Program-made: the position numbers and the translations under genes | Shown here: piece after piece, positions 9,936 through 20,543 of the stretch | Layout of the letters: each line of letters starts with the position of its first letter | How positions within the stretch are numbered: position 1 is the stretch's first letter | Notes under the pieces: model-generated | Seen by the model: the letters and a program-made list of their open reading frames with translations, nothing else | The model's database searches: none | What the model was told of the DNA's origin: nothing | Origin: an uncultured delta proteobacterium | Lineage (GTDB): Bacteria > Desulfobacterota > Binatia > UBA9968 | Reading direction: 5' to 3' | Length of the DNA stretch: 64,000 bases | NCBI GenBank assembly: GCA_963760795.1 | Contig: CAVXEP010000019.1 | Span: 192,001 to 256,000 of the forward strand

Positions 9936-10979
9936 ATGACAACTCCAAAAGGTCTTACTTACGCCCAGGCCGGCGTTAACATCGAAGCCGGCGCTGAACT
10001 GGTGCGGCGCATCGGCCCCATCGCCAAGCAAACCAAGGTACCCGGCGTGCTCGCCGGCGTCGGCGGCTTCAGCGCGCTATTCGATCTCAAATCGCGCGGC
10101 TATCGCGATCCGGTCTTGGTCTCGTCCACCGACGGTGTCGGCACCAAGCTGAAGATCGCTTTCATGACCGGCATTCACGACACCATCGGCATCGATCTGG
10201 TCGCCATGGGCGTCAACGATATCCTGACCCAGGGTGCGACGCCGCTGTTTTTTCTGGACTACTTCGTCTGCGGCAAGCTCGACGTGAAAATCACCGAAGC
10301 GGTGGTGCGCGGCATCGCCGCCGGCTGCCGCCAAGCCGGTTGCGCGCTGATCGGTGGCGAGACCGCCGAGCATCCCGGTGATTTTCCTAACGGAGAGTAC
10401 GACCTCGCCGGCTTTGTCGTCGGCGCTTTGGAGAAAAAGAAAATTATCGATGCGGCAGCGGTCACGCCCGGCGATGTCTTGATCGGCATCCCCGCCAGCG
10501 GACTGCACAGCAATGGTTATTCGCTAGCGCGTAAGGTTCTGCTCGAACGGGGCGGACTGAAATTAAACCGGCGCATTCCCGAGCTCGGTCGCAACCTCGG
10601 CGAAGAGTTGCTCGAACCGACGCGCATTTATGCTAAAATTGCCAAGAAACTGTTCGGCGCCTTTCGCATCAAAGGCGCAGCGCATATCACCGGCGGCGGT
10701 ATTAGCGGCAATCTGCCGCGGGTATTGCCGCAAGGGCGGCATGCGGTGGTTGAGCGGTCAAGTTGGCCGGTGCCGCCGGTCTTCGGCTTGATTCAGAAAA
10801 TCGGCGCGGTCACCCAGCCGGAGATGGAGGCGACGTTTAATATGGGCCTGGGCATGATTCTCGTTGCGGACAAGAAGGACGCCGACCCGGTGGTCCGAAT
10901 GCTGAAACGCATTGGCGAGCGCAGTTTCGTCGTCGGTGAAATTCGCCAAGGCGCGAAGGGTGCAACGATTCGTTCTTGA
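9936..10979 (+). CDS. purM: Phosphoribosylformylglycinamidine cyclo-ligase (AIR synthase)
   Basis: YAQAGV, STDGVGTKL, GGETAE, SGLHSNGYSL, HITGGG, FNMGLG. Confidence 0.97.
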   Translation: MTTPKGLTYAQAGVNIEAGAELVRRIGPIAKQTKVPGVLAGVGGFSALFDLKSRGYRDPVLVSSTDGVGTKLKIAFMTGIHDTIGIDLVAMGVNDILTQGATPLFFLDYFVCGKLDVKITEAVVRGIAAGCRQAGCALIGGETAEHPGDFPNGEYDLAGFVVGALEKKKIIDAAAVTPGDVLIGIPASGLHSNGYSLARKVLLERGGLKLNRRIPELGRNLGEELLEPTRIYAKIAKKLFGAFRIKGAAHITGGGISGNLPRVLPQGRHAVVERSSWPVPPVFGLIQKIGAVTQPEMEATFNMGLGMILVADKKDADPVVRMLKRIGERSFVVGEIRQGAKGATIRS

Positions 10980-10985
10980 AATAAT

Positions 10986-11649
10986 ATGGCAAGACAAGTT
11001 CCTATCGCGGTGTTGCTCTCCGGCGGCGGTACCAATCTTCAGGCGATTATCGACGCCATTGAGGCGAAAAAACTCGATGCTAAGATTGAATTGGTTTTGA
11101 GCAACAAAGCCGACGCTTTCGGTCTGGTGCGAGCGCAAAATCACGGCATCCCGACCGAAGTCTTGGACCACCAGACATATCCGAGCCGTGAAGCCTACGA
11201 TCAAGCGGTCGTCGATCGGTTGCGCGGGCGCGGCGTTGAGCTGGTGGCGCTCGCCGGCTTCATGCGTTTGCTCTCGCCGGTTTTCATCAAGGCCTACTCC
11301 AATCGGATCATGAACATTCACCCGGCCTTGCTGCCGTCATTCCCGGGTCTTCATGTGCAGCGCAAGGCCGTCGAGCATGGCGTGCGCTTTTCCGGCTGCA
11401 CGGTGCATTTCGTCAACGAAGAGTGCGACGAGGGGCCGATCATCATCCAAGCGGTCGTGCCGGTTTTTCCCGACGATACGGAAGAATCACTGGCGGCGCG
11501 GATTCTCAAGCAAGAACATCGAATTTTTCCCCGTGCCATCCAGCTCTTACGCCGAGGGGCGCCTGCATGTCAGTGGGCGCCGAGTGCTCGTGGATGGACT
11601 GAGTAAGGATGATGGCCAGGTGCTGATCCAACCGCCGCTGGAACGATGA
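10986..11649 (+). CDS. purN: Phosphoribosylglycinamide formyltransferase; apparent frameshift at ~11547
   Basis: SGGGTNLQA, LAGFMRLL, NIHPALLP, GCTVHFV...DEGPII, EHR. The C-terminus continues in another frame as YAEGRLHVSGRRV. Confidence 0.95.
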
Positions 11650-12621
11650 AAAAGGCCAAACCTATTATTGATTTTGTTAGTGAAGCTGCTCGTTAGCGGC
11701 GGTCTGTTAGCCTATTTTCTGTCGCGAGTTCATCCCGAGCGCTTTCTGCAAACCTTTGCGACGGCGAATTATTGGTGGATCGCGCTGGCGCTGGTCATCT
11801 ATCTGTGTACCCAAGCGATTAGTGCCGCGCGCTGGGCCACCCTCGGGCGGCCGTTGGGGATCGAGACGCGGTTCATAGATCTGCTCAAATATTACTTGAT
11901 CGGCATGTTCTTCAATCTGTTCGCGCCGGGCACGGTGGGCGGCGATGTCAGCCGGGTTCTTTACCTCGCGCGCGGTCAAGAATCTCACGCCAAGGGGCGC
12001 GCTGTGACGACCACGCACGCCGCCATGTCGGTGCTGATGGATCGCGCCATCGGTATGACCGTGTTGGTCTGGATAGGCGCCGCGGGGTTGCTGTTGTTTC
12101 CCGAATACGCGGTTCCGCCGACGGTTCGTTCGGTCACGCTTATGATCGCGGCGGGTTTTGTCGGCGCGGTTTTGCTGCTGCCGTTGCTTAGAGGTGTGTT
12201 GCCAGAGGACGGCCATCCGATGGTGGTCAAGATCCGCTTAGCCCTGCACAGTTATCGAACCCAGTGGCGCGCGTTGGCGGCCGCGGCTGGGCTCTCCCTG
12301 GTCGCTCATTTAATCCAAGCCTGGATGCATCTTGTGATGGGCCGCGCGCTCGGTTTAGAGGTGCCGCTTTCGTTTTGTATCATCGTCTATCCGTTGGTGG
12401 GGACCTTTGCGGCGATCCCGGTGAGTTTGAATGGATTGGGGCTGCGCGAAGGCGGTTACATCTATATGCTTGCCGTGATTGGCATCAGCAGTGAAAATGG
12501 CATCGCCTTCGGTCTGTTGTTGTTCTTGATCGTCGTCATCGACAGTTTAATTGGCGGCGTCCTGTTCTTGCTGCAAAAGTCGCCCAAAGCGGCCAACGTG
12601 ATTGCCGAGAAGACGATCTAG
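11646..12621 (+). CDS. Lysylphosphatidylglycerol-synthase TM-domain / flippase-like protein (UPF0104)
   Basis: RW, GMFFNLFAPGTVGGD, DR and PVSLNGLGLREG motifs. The ATG at 11646 (overlapping the purN stop) is one base out of frame with ORF 11668, so there is a probable insertion at ~11664. Confidence 0.85.
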
Positions 12622-13970
12622 ATCAAATAACTGCGAAAGATCGTCGCCAGACCGAGAAACGAGAGAAAGCCAAAGGCATCGGTAAGGCCGGTAACGATGA
12701 TGCCGGAACCGAGCGCGGGGTCGAGTTTCATGCCTTTGAGCAATAAGGGGATGACCGCACCGGCAAAGCCCGCCATCAGTCCGAGATTCAGTAACATCGC
12801 GGCGGCCAGTACCAGTCCCAAGTAAGGATTGCCTTTCCACAAAATTGCCGCCACGGCGATCATGGCGCCGGCGGCGATGGCGATGCAGATATTGACCGAC
12901 ACCTGTTTGACCACCGCCTTCCAGGCCGAGGAAAACTCGAGCTCGCCGAGGGCAATGGCGCGAATGATCACTGTCGCGGTTTGCGTAGCGCCGTTGCCGC
13001 CGACACCGGCGACCACCGGCATGAAGGTGACCAACGTGACAATTTCATGGAGCGTACCCTCGAACAGGCCGACGATAGAGGCGGCGAGCGTAGCGGTTAA
13101 CAAATTGAGGAAGGTCCAAGGCAGGCGCATTTTTACCGAGCGCGACACCGGCGTAAACACACGGTCTTCCTCGGCCAGGCCGACCATCTTGTACATGTCC
13201 TCGGTGCTTTCTTCCTTGATGATGTCGATGACATCGTCGACGGTGATGATGCCTTCCAAGCGGCCCCCTTCATCGACGATCGGCAGCGCCAATAGCTCGT
13301 ACTTGGCGACGATTCGCGCGGCGTCTTCTTGATCCATGAAGACATCGGCTTTGATCGGATCGGCGATCATCATCTCGCTCAATTTGCGTGCCGGCGGGGC
13401 GATCACCAAATTGCGAATCGGCACGACGCCCACCAGTTTGCCGTCGCTGTCGACGACATAGAGATAGAAAAAACTCTCGAGTTCACCGCGCTCGCGAATC
13501 TTGTCGATGGCGCCTTGGGCGGTGGCGTCAGGAGGCAGTGCCATGAATTCGGTGGTCATCAAGCGGCCGACGGTGCCCTCGGGATAATTGATGATTTCAC
13601 GCACCGCGGCTCGGCGCTCCGGGTCGAGCAAGCCCATGACCTGCTCGCGGCGCTCGTCGGGGAGGCAGTCGATGAAGGTGACCGCGTCGTCCGGGTCCGC
13701 GCGCACGATCAGCCGGCCGATCTTCTCGTCGTCGATCAAGGCGAGAATGTCGGGCAATAGTTCGAGAGGCAGCTCTTTAAGGGTCTTGGCGGCGCGGCGC
13801 GACGAGAACAGCACGTCGAACAGCTGGCGCACTTCCGCCGAATCGAGGCCTTTGAACAGCAACGCGATGTCGGCGGGGTGGCTTTTGCCGATGAAACGCA
13901 GCACGCGGTCCGGCGTCGCGGTGCGCAACATCTCGCGCACGGTGTCGTAATCGATGGGAGCGGGTTTCAT
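12618..13970 (-). CDS. mgtE: Magnesium transporter MgtE (second paralog)
   Basis: HPADIA, CBS pair, GGNGATQ, DPALGSGIIVTGLTD. Confidence 0.92.
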   Translation of the reverse strand: MKPAPIDYDTVREMLRTATPDRVLRFIGKSHPADIALLFKGLDSAEVRQLFDVLFSSRRAAKTLKELPLELLPDILALIDDEKIGRLIVRADPDDAVTFIDCLPDERREQVMGLLDPERRAAVREIINYPEGTVGRLMTTEFMALPPDATAQGAIDKIRERGELESFFYLYVVDSDGKLVGVVPIRNLVIAPPARKLSEMMIADPIKADVFMDQEDAARIVAKYELLALPIVDEGGRLEGIITVDDVIDIIKEESTEDMYKMVGLAEEDRVFTPVSRSVKMRLPWTFLNLLTATLAASIVGLFEGTLHEIVTLVTFMPVVAGVGGNGATQTATVIIRAIALGELEFSSAWKAVVKQVSVNICIAIAAGAMIAVAAILWKGNPYLGLVLAAAMLLNLGLMAGFAGAVIPLLLKGMKLDPALGSGIIVTGLTDAFGFLSFLGLATIFRSYLI

Positions 13971-14116
13971 GGTTGCTTTCGACGATAAGGCTGGTTACTT
14001 CATAGACACTGAGATGGTTATTTGCAAATGTTTTGGCGTTTCGTTCGCCGTTTCGCCGCGCCCGGAAAATTTGCTATTGTGCTGGCAGAGTCGAATCTAT
14101 CGAGGATCTATCGCTG

Positions 14117-15554
14117 ATGTTTACACGTGATCGATCGTTAAGGCCCCGGTATTTGATCGCCAGTCTATTGTATTGCCTGAGCGGGCTTGGATTGCTGCCG
14201 CTCGGCGAAGCCCACGCCGCGAACCTCGGCTGCCTTGGACGGCAACCGTCCTCCCAGCTTCGCCAGCATCGCCAAAAAAACCATGCCGGTGGTGGTCAAC
14301 ATTTCGACTTTGACGCAACGCTCGCCGCGTTCGAGCTCCAACGATCCCATCGAAGAGTTCTTCAATCGATTTTTCGGCGAGTCGGCGCCGCGAGAGAACA
14401 ACTCGCGCAGTTTGGGCTCGGGGATTTTAATCAGCCGCGATGGAGAGATTCTCACCAGTTATCATGTCGTGCGCAGCGCCGACACGATCAAGGTGAAACT
14501 GGCGGATCACAGCGAGCATGAAGCGCGCTTGATCGGTAAGGACGATCGCACCGACTTGGCCTTGATCAAGATCCGTCGCTCCGGCGGCAATCTGCCCTTC
14601 GCCAAGCTCGGCAACTCGAGCCAGCTGGACGTCGGCGATTGGGTGATGGCGATCGGCAACCCCTTCGGTCTCGAACATACCGTCACCGCGGGAATCATCA
14701 GCGCCAAGGGGCGGGTGATCGGCGCCGGTCCCTACGACAATTTCATTCAAACCGATGCCTCGATCAACCCTGGCAATAGCGGTGGACCGCTGATCAGCGC
14801 CGACGGCGAAGTGATCGGCGTCAATACCGCGATCTTCAGTCAATCCGGCGGCAACGTCGGTATCGGTTTCGCGATTCCCATCGATCTGGCGAAAAAGGTC
14901 TTGGACCAGTTGCGCAAAAACGGCAAAGTGGTGCGCGGTTGGCTGGGGGTGCGCGCCCAGGATCTTAGCGCCACCCAGGCCGCTTCACTAGGAGTCACGC
15001 GATCCGCCGCCGATCTAGCGATCGTCACCGAGGTGGCAGACAAGAGCCCCGCGGCCGAAGCAGGCATCAAAACCGGCGATGTAATCGTCGAGTTCAATGG
15101 CAAAGCGGTGCCCAAGAGCAATGAGTTCCCCGGCGTGATCGCCGATATCGCGCCGGGGCAAAAAGTTTCGCTCAAAATATTGCGCGAGAAAAAGGAGCAA
15201 ACCGTCGCGGTGCGCATCGGCGAACTCGGCGACGAAGCCGATATCAATCAGCAGGCCGAGGCGCGCGATGCCGAGATCGGTCTGCGGGTGCAGCGCATTA
15301 CCCCGGAAGCGGCGCGGCGCTTGGGTTTGAGTTCAGCCAAAGGGGTCTTGGTGGTCGAGGTGCAGCCGGGCAGCCCGGCCGACCTGGTCGGCATCGAACC
15401 GGCGGACGTGATTCGCGAGGTTAACCAGCGCGCCGTGGCCAATGTCAAAGATTTTGAACGGGCGACGCGGCAAGGCCGGCGCGGCGACCGCATCTTGCTG
15501 CTTGTACAGCGGGGTGATAACGCGGTATTCTTCGCCGTGAAGCGCAAAGCTTAG
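14117..15554 (+). CDS. Do/DegP/HtrA serine endopeptidase with two PDZ domains; apparent frameshift at ~14219
   Basis: A signal peptide MFTRDR...LGEAHA (ATG 14117, GAGGA RBS) is in one frame. SLGSG, SYHVV, TDLALIK, QTDASINPGNSGGPL and the PDZ domains are in the next frame. Confidence 0.92.
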
Positions 15555-15562
15555 GAGGATTC

Positions 15563-15754
15563 ATGTTTGGACTTGGTGTGCCGGAACTGATGGTGATTCT
15601 CGTGATCGCTCTGGTGATCTTCGGTCCCAGTAAGCTGCCGCAGATCGGCAGCGGACTAGGCAAAGCGATCCGGGATTTCAAAAAAGGCGTTACCGAAAAA
15701 GATGACGAAGCGGAGAAAGAAGTGAAGAAGGATCCCAAAGACCTGCCGCGATAA
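15563..15754 (+). CDS. tatA: Twin-arginine translocase TatA/E subunit
   Basis: MFGLGVPELMVILVIALVIFGPSKLPQIGSGLGKAIRDFKK; AGGAGG RBS. Confidence 0.95.
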   Translation: MFGLGVPELMVILVIALVIFGPSKLPQIGSGLGKAIRDFKKGVTEKDDEAEKEVKKDPKDLPR

Positions 15755-15935
15755 TTGCCCAACGATCCCACCTCGTGAATGACTGCCAGTCCACGTCCGA
15801 TAACGATTGCATCACCGGTCACCGGAGACAATTGCTAACCGCGTTCTTTCGGTTCTAGGCAAACTTGTCAGCCGATTTTGCTGGCGCAGGCCGACCCGTC
15901 AAACCATCGATTTGCGGCGTCCATGCACGCTGAGG

Positions 15936-16607
15936 CTAGAGTTCACGCGCGACATAGCGACCGTTGGAGTTGGAGTCTTTTCTGGCCAATACCACGGTGT
16001 AGAGGGAAGTCTTGTTAATTTTATAAACCCTTTCAATGATGAGGCCAGTGGTTGCGATGAACGGTTTAAGCTGGAGATCGGTGCGCCAACCGAGCCAGCG
16101 GGTGAGCGGGTCCATGGATCGAGTGAGCGTGCCGAGCACCGGAACGTCGCTGGTGAAGTGATTGACGATAACAATCTTGCCGCTCGGCTTGCAGACCCGT
16201 TTGACCTCAGCAATCATGCGCACCGGATCGGGAACCACGGTGACGACATGAAACGCCATGACGTAGTCGAAGCTGTTGTCGGGAAACTTGAGATCGAGGG
16301 CGTTCATCTCGATCACTTTGAGATGGCGCCAGCCGTTGTCGACGATTTTTTGCCGCGCGCGCGCGAGCATGTCCGGCGCCAAGTCTATGCCAGTAACATT
16401 GCAATGAGTGGGATAGGCCGGAAAAGAAGTGCCCGTGCCGGCGCCAACTTCGAGAACCTGCGCGCCCGGAGGAATGCCGACATCGTCAATCACCCGCTCG
16501 AGCCGACTGTAGAAAATCTTGCCGAAGATTTTGTCGTAGAGCGGGGCGAACTCTCCATACAGTTTGCTCTCATGCGCTTCGTTTTCAGCCATGCGCCCCA
16601 ACCCCAA
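15936..16607 (-). CDS. Class I SAM methyltransferase, PmtA-like phospholipid N-methyltransferase
   Basis: YGEFAPLYD, VLEVGAGTG, GIDLAPDML, VVTVVPDP, IVIVNHF. Confidence 0.75.
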   Translation of the reverse strand: MGLGRMAENEAHESKLYGEFAPLYDKIFGKIFYSRLERVIDDVGIPPGAQVLEVGAGTGTSFPAYPTHCNVTGIDLAPDMLARARQKIVDNGWRHLKVIEMNALDLKFPDNSFDYVMAFHVVTVVPDPVRMIAEVKRVCKPSGKIVIVNHFTSDVPVLGTLTRSMDPLTRWLGWRTDLQLKPFIATTGLIIERVYKINKTSLYTVVLARKDSNSNGRYVAREL

Positions 16608-16621
16608 TCATCCACATCCGG

Positions 16622-16816
16622 CTACGCGTCGCGGATATCCTTCGGTTGTTTCTTGTAGAAAATTGAAATGTCGCGCTTGCGAAATCGCCATTGCTTGCCC
16701 TTTTTGAAGGCCGGCAGGATGTTTTTCCGGGCAAATTCATTGACAGTGTCCGGACTCATGTCGAGAATCACGGCGACTTGTTTGCTGTTGAGCAGTTCTT
16801 CTTCTCGATCCACCAT
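16622..16816 (-). CDS. Small excisionase-like / HTH_17 DNA-binding protein
   Basis: LLNSKQVAVILDMSPDTV...ILPAFKKGKQWRFRK. ATG at 16816 follows GAGGAGAG. Confidence 0.85.
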   Translation of the reverse strand: MVDREEELLNSKQVAVILDMSPDTVNEFARKNILPAFKKGKQWRFRKRDISIFYKKQPKDIRDA

Positions 16817-17133
16817 AGACTCTCTCCTCGGTAAACACCAGTAGGCGAAAAAGTTCGTTTTATCTAACAAGTTCATCCAGGGCTGTCAAGGCAAGAACCG
16901 CGCAGCGGCGGTGAACGATTGCAAAACTATGCAAACCGATAAAGCCGCGAACCGATGCGCTATATTTTCCTCTTTGCGGGAACTCATCAATAGTAACTCT
17001 GGGGGACTGCGTTGGCGCCGATTTACGCTTGCGACTCCGGTGAACTTGCTTTAGCATTGCCATGGTTTAGCGTTCCGCATTCCCACCGAGGAGAGCAACC
17101 GCCCGAAGCATTGAAGCGCGACTCTGTTTACTC

Positions 17134-20100
17134 ATGAAAAAACTCCTCCAGATCGGCGTGTTCGTCGGCATTACCGCGGCGCTTTTTTTCTTTGTTTGCG
17201 CCCTGGCATTTTACCATCTGGTTCGAGTCGGCGAATTCCGCAGTTTTGTCATCGACGAAATCGAAAAAAACACCGCTCTCAAGGTGGGTCTTGGCGCCGC
17301 GGATATTGAAATCGGTTGGGTCACGGGAATAGCATTTCGCGATGTCGCCATCTCGATGCCGGGCAGCGCTAGGCCGGAGATCGCCGCCGAGCGGGTCACG
17401 GCGCGGGTTGCGCTGCTGCCGTTGCTGCAGCGTCAAGTGATATTTTATGAGATTCGCTTGCAGCAGCCCACCGTCGCCCTGGCCGGCGATGCCGAGGGGC
17501 GCATCCCATTGCTCGAAAAGCTGATTAATTTGCCGATATTCAAACGCCACGGTGAGCAGTTCAGTCTCGATCTCCAAACCATCAAGATCCACAACGGCGC
17601 CATCGATTATTTGGATGGGCGTAAGCGTGTCGGCCTGGGCGAATGGCGCTTACGCCAAGCCGATGTCACGGTCGAGCGCGTGCGCGGCCAGCGGCTGCGC
17701 GAGTTCATGAAGGATATGCTGGCGCGCCCATCGACGGAATCGACCGGTGCGGCGCTGCATTTCGAAATTACCAGCCAGGTAGAAAAAGACTATGCGCCGA
17801 TGCAGCTCAAGGCCTCTGGACGGTTGGCGTTTCCGCAGGCAGTTCTGGATTTTCACCAAGCGCACTGGAACGCCGATGTCGATCTCATCGATTTTCCGGC
17901 GGCGCTGATCAAAGTCCAGCTCGGCGCCGATTTGCCGATCAAGTCGGCGAGCGGTCATCTCGCTCATCGGCTCCATCTAGAAGGCTATCCCGAGAAACAG
18001 CTGCGGCTCAAAGGCGTTATCGAATTCAGAAAGATCTCTATCGACGCGCCCGAACTGTTGCTAGCGCCGCTGACCGGCGCGGACGGCCTGGCCAGCTTCG
18101 AGGCGGAGTGGAGCCGGGGAAAATTGGCGATCAAGCGCGCCGATCTGCGCGTCGACGATCTCAAGTTCGCCCTGGCCGGCAGTATCGGCGCGCTCAACAG
18201 CGCGGAACCCCATATATCGCTGCAGCTCTCTCAGCTGTCGGCGCCGCTAACGACGCTGCGCCGCTACTTGCCTTTGAAAATCATCGAATCGCCGCAATGG
18301 GAAAAGAGCCTGAGCTCGATCCAGAGCGGGCAAGTGGAGCTTAAGAGTGCCGGTGTTAACGCCACACTCGGCGAACTGCGCCGGCTGGCGCAGACGGGTA
18401 TCGGCAAACAGCTCTGGTTCGACGCTGAATTGCGCGACGTCTCGGGCAGTCTCGCCGCCCGCGGCACATTGCCGCTGCGTGGCGTTCATGGGCGGGTGAG
18501 TTTGCAAGACGGCCGGTTAACGGTGCGCGATCTCAAGGGCGCCTATGGCGATTCCCAATTGCAAGATGTCGATGCCAGCTATGATTTGACGCCGAGCGGA
18601 CACGGCGGGCTCGAGCTCGCGGCCCGAGGCGATTTCAACTTGGCGGAGCTGCGCAATCAGCTGAAAGCCGAGTTTGTTTCCGAGCACACCGCCAAGATCG
18701 CCGCGTCGATAAGTGAACTCGATGGCCGCAGCCGCGTCGATTTGACTGTGAAACGTGGCGCCAATGAGCCGCTTCAATTCGCCGGGAAAGTCGCTCTGGA
18801 CAACGCCCGGCTGCGCTACGACGACTATGCCTTGAGCGAGATCAAGGGCGAAGTCGCCTTTTCGTCCAAGGAGATCAAGGGTGAAAAGATCCGCGCGCAA
18901 ATGAGTGGGGCACCGGTGCAGCTCCAATTGGCGCTCACAGACTATGACACCGACGACGGCACTTTTGACCTGGGTGTCGAGTCCACCGGCGTGCGCGCCG
19001 GCGTGATCGCGCACTTGCTGCTCGACCAGGGATCGCTCAACGATCCCGGCATTGTCAGCGGCGCGGTGCGCTACCGCGGCGCTTTCGCGAACAAAAACAC
19101 GCGCAAGTTCACCGGAGATTTGGACTTGGCCAACGTCCAGCTGCTGGTGAAACCGCTCTTGCAGCCGCTGCGCGAGCTCAGCGGCAAGGTCAAGATCGAC
19201 GAGTCGGGCATCGATTTTCACAATCTCAAGGCATTGCTCGTCGGGGTTCCGGCAAGCCTCAGCGGGCGCTGGCGCTACGCCGAAAAGCCGCCGTTGCTCT
19301 TCGACTTCGCTGCGCCCAATTTGGATGTGACCTATTTGATTTCGCAAATTGACGCCGAGGCCAGCGAGTTTTACGCAAATCTTCAGGCCGAGGGGAAAAT
19401 TGCCTTGGCCAAAGGGCGGATCAGGAACTTCGAGTTCAGCGACATGAAGACCGATGCGACGATCGACCGGCGGGTCTGGCGATTGACCAATCTGAACGCG
19501 CGCTCCGCCGGCGGCACCATCGTCGGCGTGACGACGATTTTCGACCGGCCGGACACTCTCGCGGTGGTGGCCGAGCCGAAAGTTCAGGGTGTCCCGATAC
19601 AGTCCTTTTTGAATTGGTTCAACGTCACCAATACCGAAATGACCGGCCGGGTGAATCTCACCGGCAAGCTCGAAACGGTCGGTAAGAATGACCTCGAACG
19701 CAAGCAGAATCTCAACGGAGCGTTCAACCTGCGCATCGAGGACGGCACGATCAACCGGATGCGCATCCTGGTGCAAATTCTCAATCTGCTCGACTTGTCG
19801 CGTTGGTTTACCTTGCAGTTGCCCGATCTCACCAAACAAGGGATTCGCTTCCGCGCCATCACCGCCGACTTCAAAGTGACCAAAGGGATTTACGTAACGG
19901 AAAATTTGCTCGTCGACAGCAATGACTTGCGCATGAGCGGCGCCGGCAAAATCGATGTGCCGAACGATGAGATCGACCTGGTGGTTGCCGTGCGGCCCTT
20001 CGCCGGCATCGAATCGGCGTTCAATCAAGTGCCGATTTTAGGCCGAGGCGTCGCCGCCATCATGAATTCCTTCCTGGTCGGTAGTTTTAGCATCAAGGGC

Positions 20101-20253
20101 CGTATCGAAGAGCCGACCATCACGGCGATGCCGTTAGGAACTTTATCCGAAATGTTTTGGAGCGTTCTCGGCATCCCCAAAAGCATCCTCACGCTGGGTG
20201 ACACCGAGAAAAAACAAGAACCTAAAGAACCTGCCAAGACACCGGCCAAATGA
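17134..20253 (+). CDS. AsmA-family (YhdP/AsmA-like) membrane-anchored protein
   Basis: 1039 aa with an N-terminal TM helix and beta-rich repeats. AsmA-like C-terminus: FRAITADFKVTKG, MSGAGKIDV, VPILGR, FSIKGRIEEP. Confidence 0.85.
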   Translation: MKKLLQIGVFVGITAALFFFVCALAFYHLVRVGEFRSFVIDEIEKNTALKVGLGAADIEIGWVTGIAFRDVAISMPGSARPEIAAERVTARVALLPLLQRQVIFYEIRLQQPTVALAGDAEGRIPLLEKLINLPIFKRHGEQFSLDLQTIKIHNGAIDYLDGRKRVGLGEWRLRQADVTVERVRGQRLREFMKDMLARPSTESTGAALHFEITSQVEKDYAPMQLKASGRLAFPQAVLDFHQAHWNADVDLIDFPAALIKVQLGADLPIKSASGHLAHRLHLEGYPEKQLRLKGVIEFRKISIDAPELLLAPLTGADGLASFEAEWSRGKLAIKRADLRVDDLKFALAGSIGALNSAEPHISLQLSQLSAPLTTLRRYLPLKIIESPQWEKSLSSIQSGQVELKSAGVNATLGELRRLAQTGIGKQLWFDAELRDVSGSLAARGTLPLRGVHGRVSLQDGRLTVRDLKGAYGDSQLQDVDASYDLTPSGHGGLELAARGDFNLAELRNQLKAEFVSEHTAKIAASISELDGRSRVDLTVKRGANEPLQFAGKVALDNARLRYDDYALSEIKGEVAFSSKEIKGEKIRAQMSGAPVQLQLALTDYDTDDGTFDLGVESTGVRAGVIAHLLLDQGSLNDPGIVSGAVRYRGAFANKNTRKFTGDLDLANVQLLVKPLLQPLRELSGKVKIDESGIDFHNLKALLVGVPASLSGRWRYAEKPPLLFDFAAPNLDVTYLISQIDAEASEFYANLQAEGKIALAKGRIRNFEFSDMKTDATIDRRVWRLTNLNARSAGGTIVGVTTIFDRPDTLAVVAEPKVQGVPIQSFLNWFNVTNTEMTGRVNLTGKLETVGKNDLERKQNLNGAFNLRIEDGTINRMRILVQILNLLDLSRWFTLQLPDLTKQGIRFRAITADFKVTKGIYVTENLLVDSNDLRMSGAGKIDVPNDEIDLVVAVRPFAGIESAFNQVPILGRGVAAIMNSFLVGSFSIKGRIEEPTITAMPLGTLSEMFWSVLGIPKSILTLGDTEKKQEPKEPAKTPAK

Positions 20254-20543
20254 CGGCCAAGTTGACGCTATATTCGCGCAAGGATTGTTGCCTGTGCGAC
20301 GCCATGAAGGCGGTGATTAATAAAGTCGCGGCCAATCTGCCGCTCGAAATTGACGAGATCGACGTCGACGGCTCGTTGGAGTTGCGCGAAAAATTCGCCG
20401 ACCAAGTGCCGGTGCTGTTCATCGACGGACGCAAGGCGTTCAAGTACCGGGTTAGCGCCAAACAGCTGGCAAAGAAGCTCAGCCGAAAACCGCCAAAACT
20501 TTTTACCATCATCACAGGTTTCTTGGGAAAGGGGGAATCATGA
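20250..20543 (+). CDS. Glutaredoxin-like protein (DUF836)
   Basis: LTLYSRKDCCLCD...VPVLFIDG. ATGA overlaps at both ends. Confidence 0.88.
   Translation: MTAKLTLYSRKDCCLCDAMKAVINKVAANLPLEIDEIDVDGSLELREKFADQVPVLFIDGRKAFKYRVSAKQLAKKLSRKPPKLFTIITGFLGKGES

Noticed and set aside
16622-16816. Excisionase as a marker of a prophage or ICE
   Set aside because: No integrase, tRNA target, att repeats or phage genes nearby, and the flanks look like core genes.
17083-17126. CACCGAGGAGAGCAACCGCCC resembles part of a glycine riboswitch
   Set aside because: The upstream GGAGA and downstream CTCTCAGG elements are missing, and the downstream gene (AsmA family) is unrelated.
18517-20028. Long antisense ORFs (e.g. 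18517-20028, 40673-42151, 59423-60409, 22873-23784)
   Set aside because: They are shadow ORFs opposite well-supported genes, expected with high-GC codon bias, and show no recognisable motifs.
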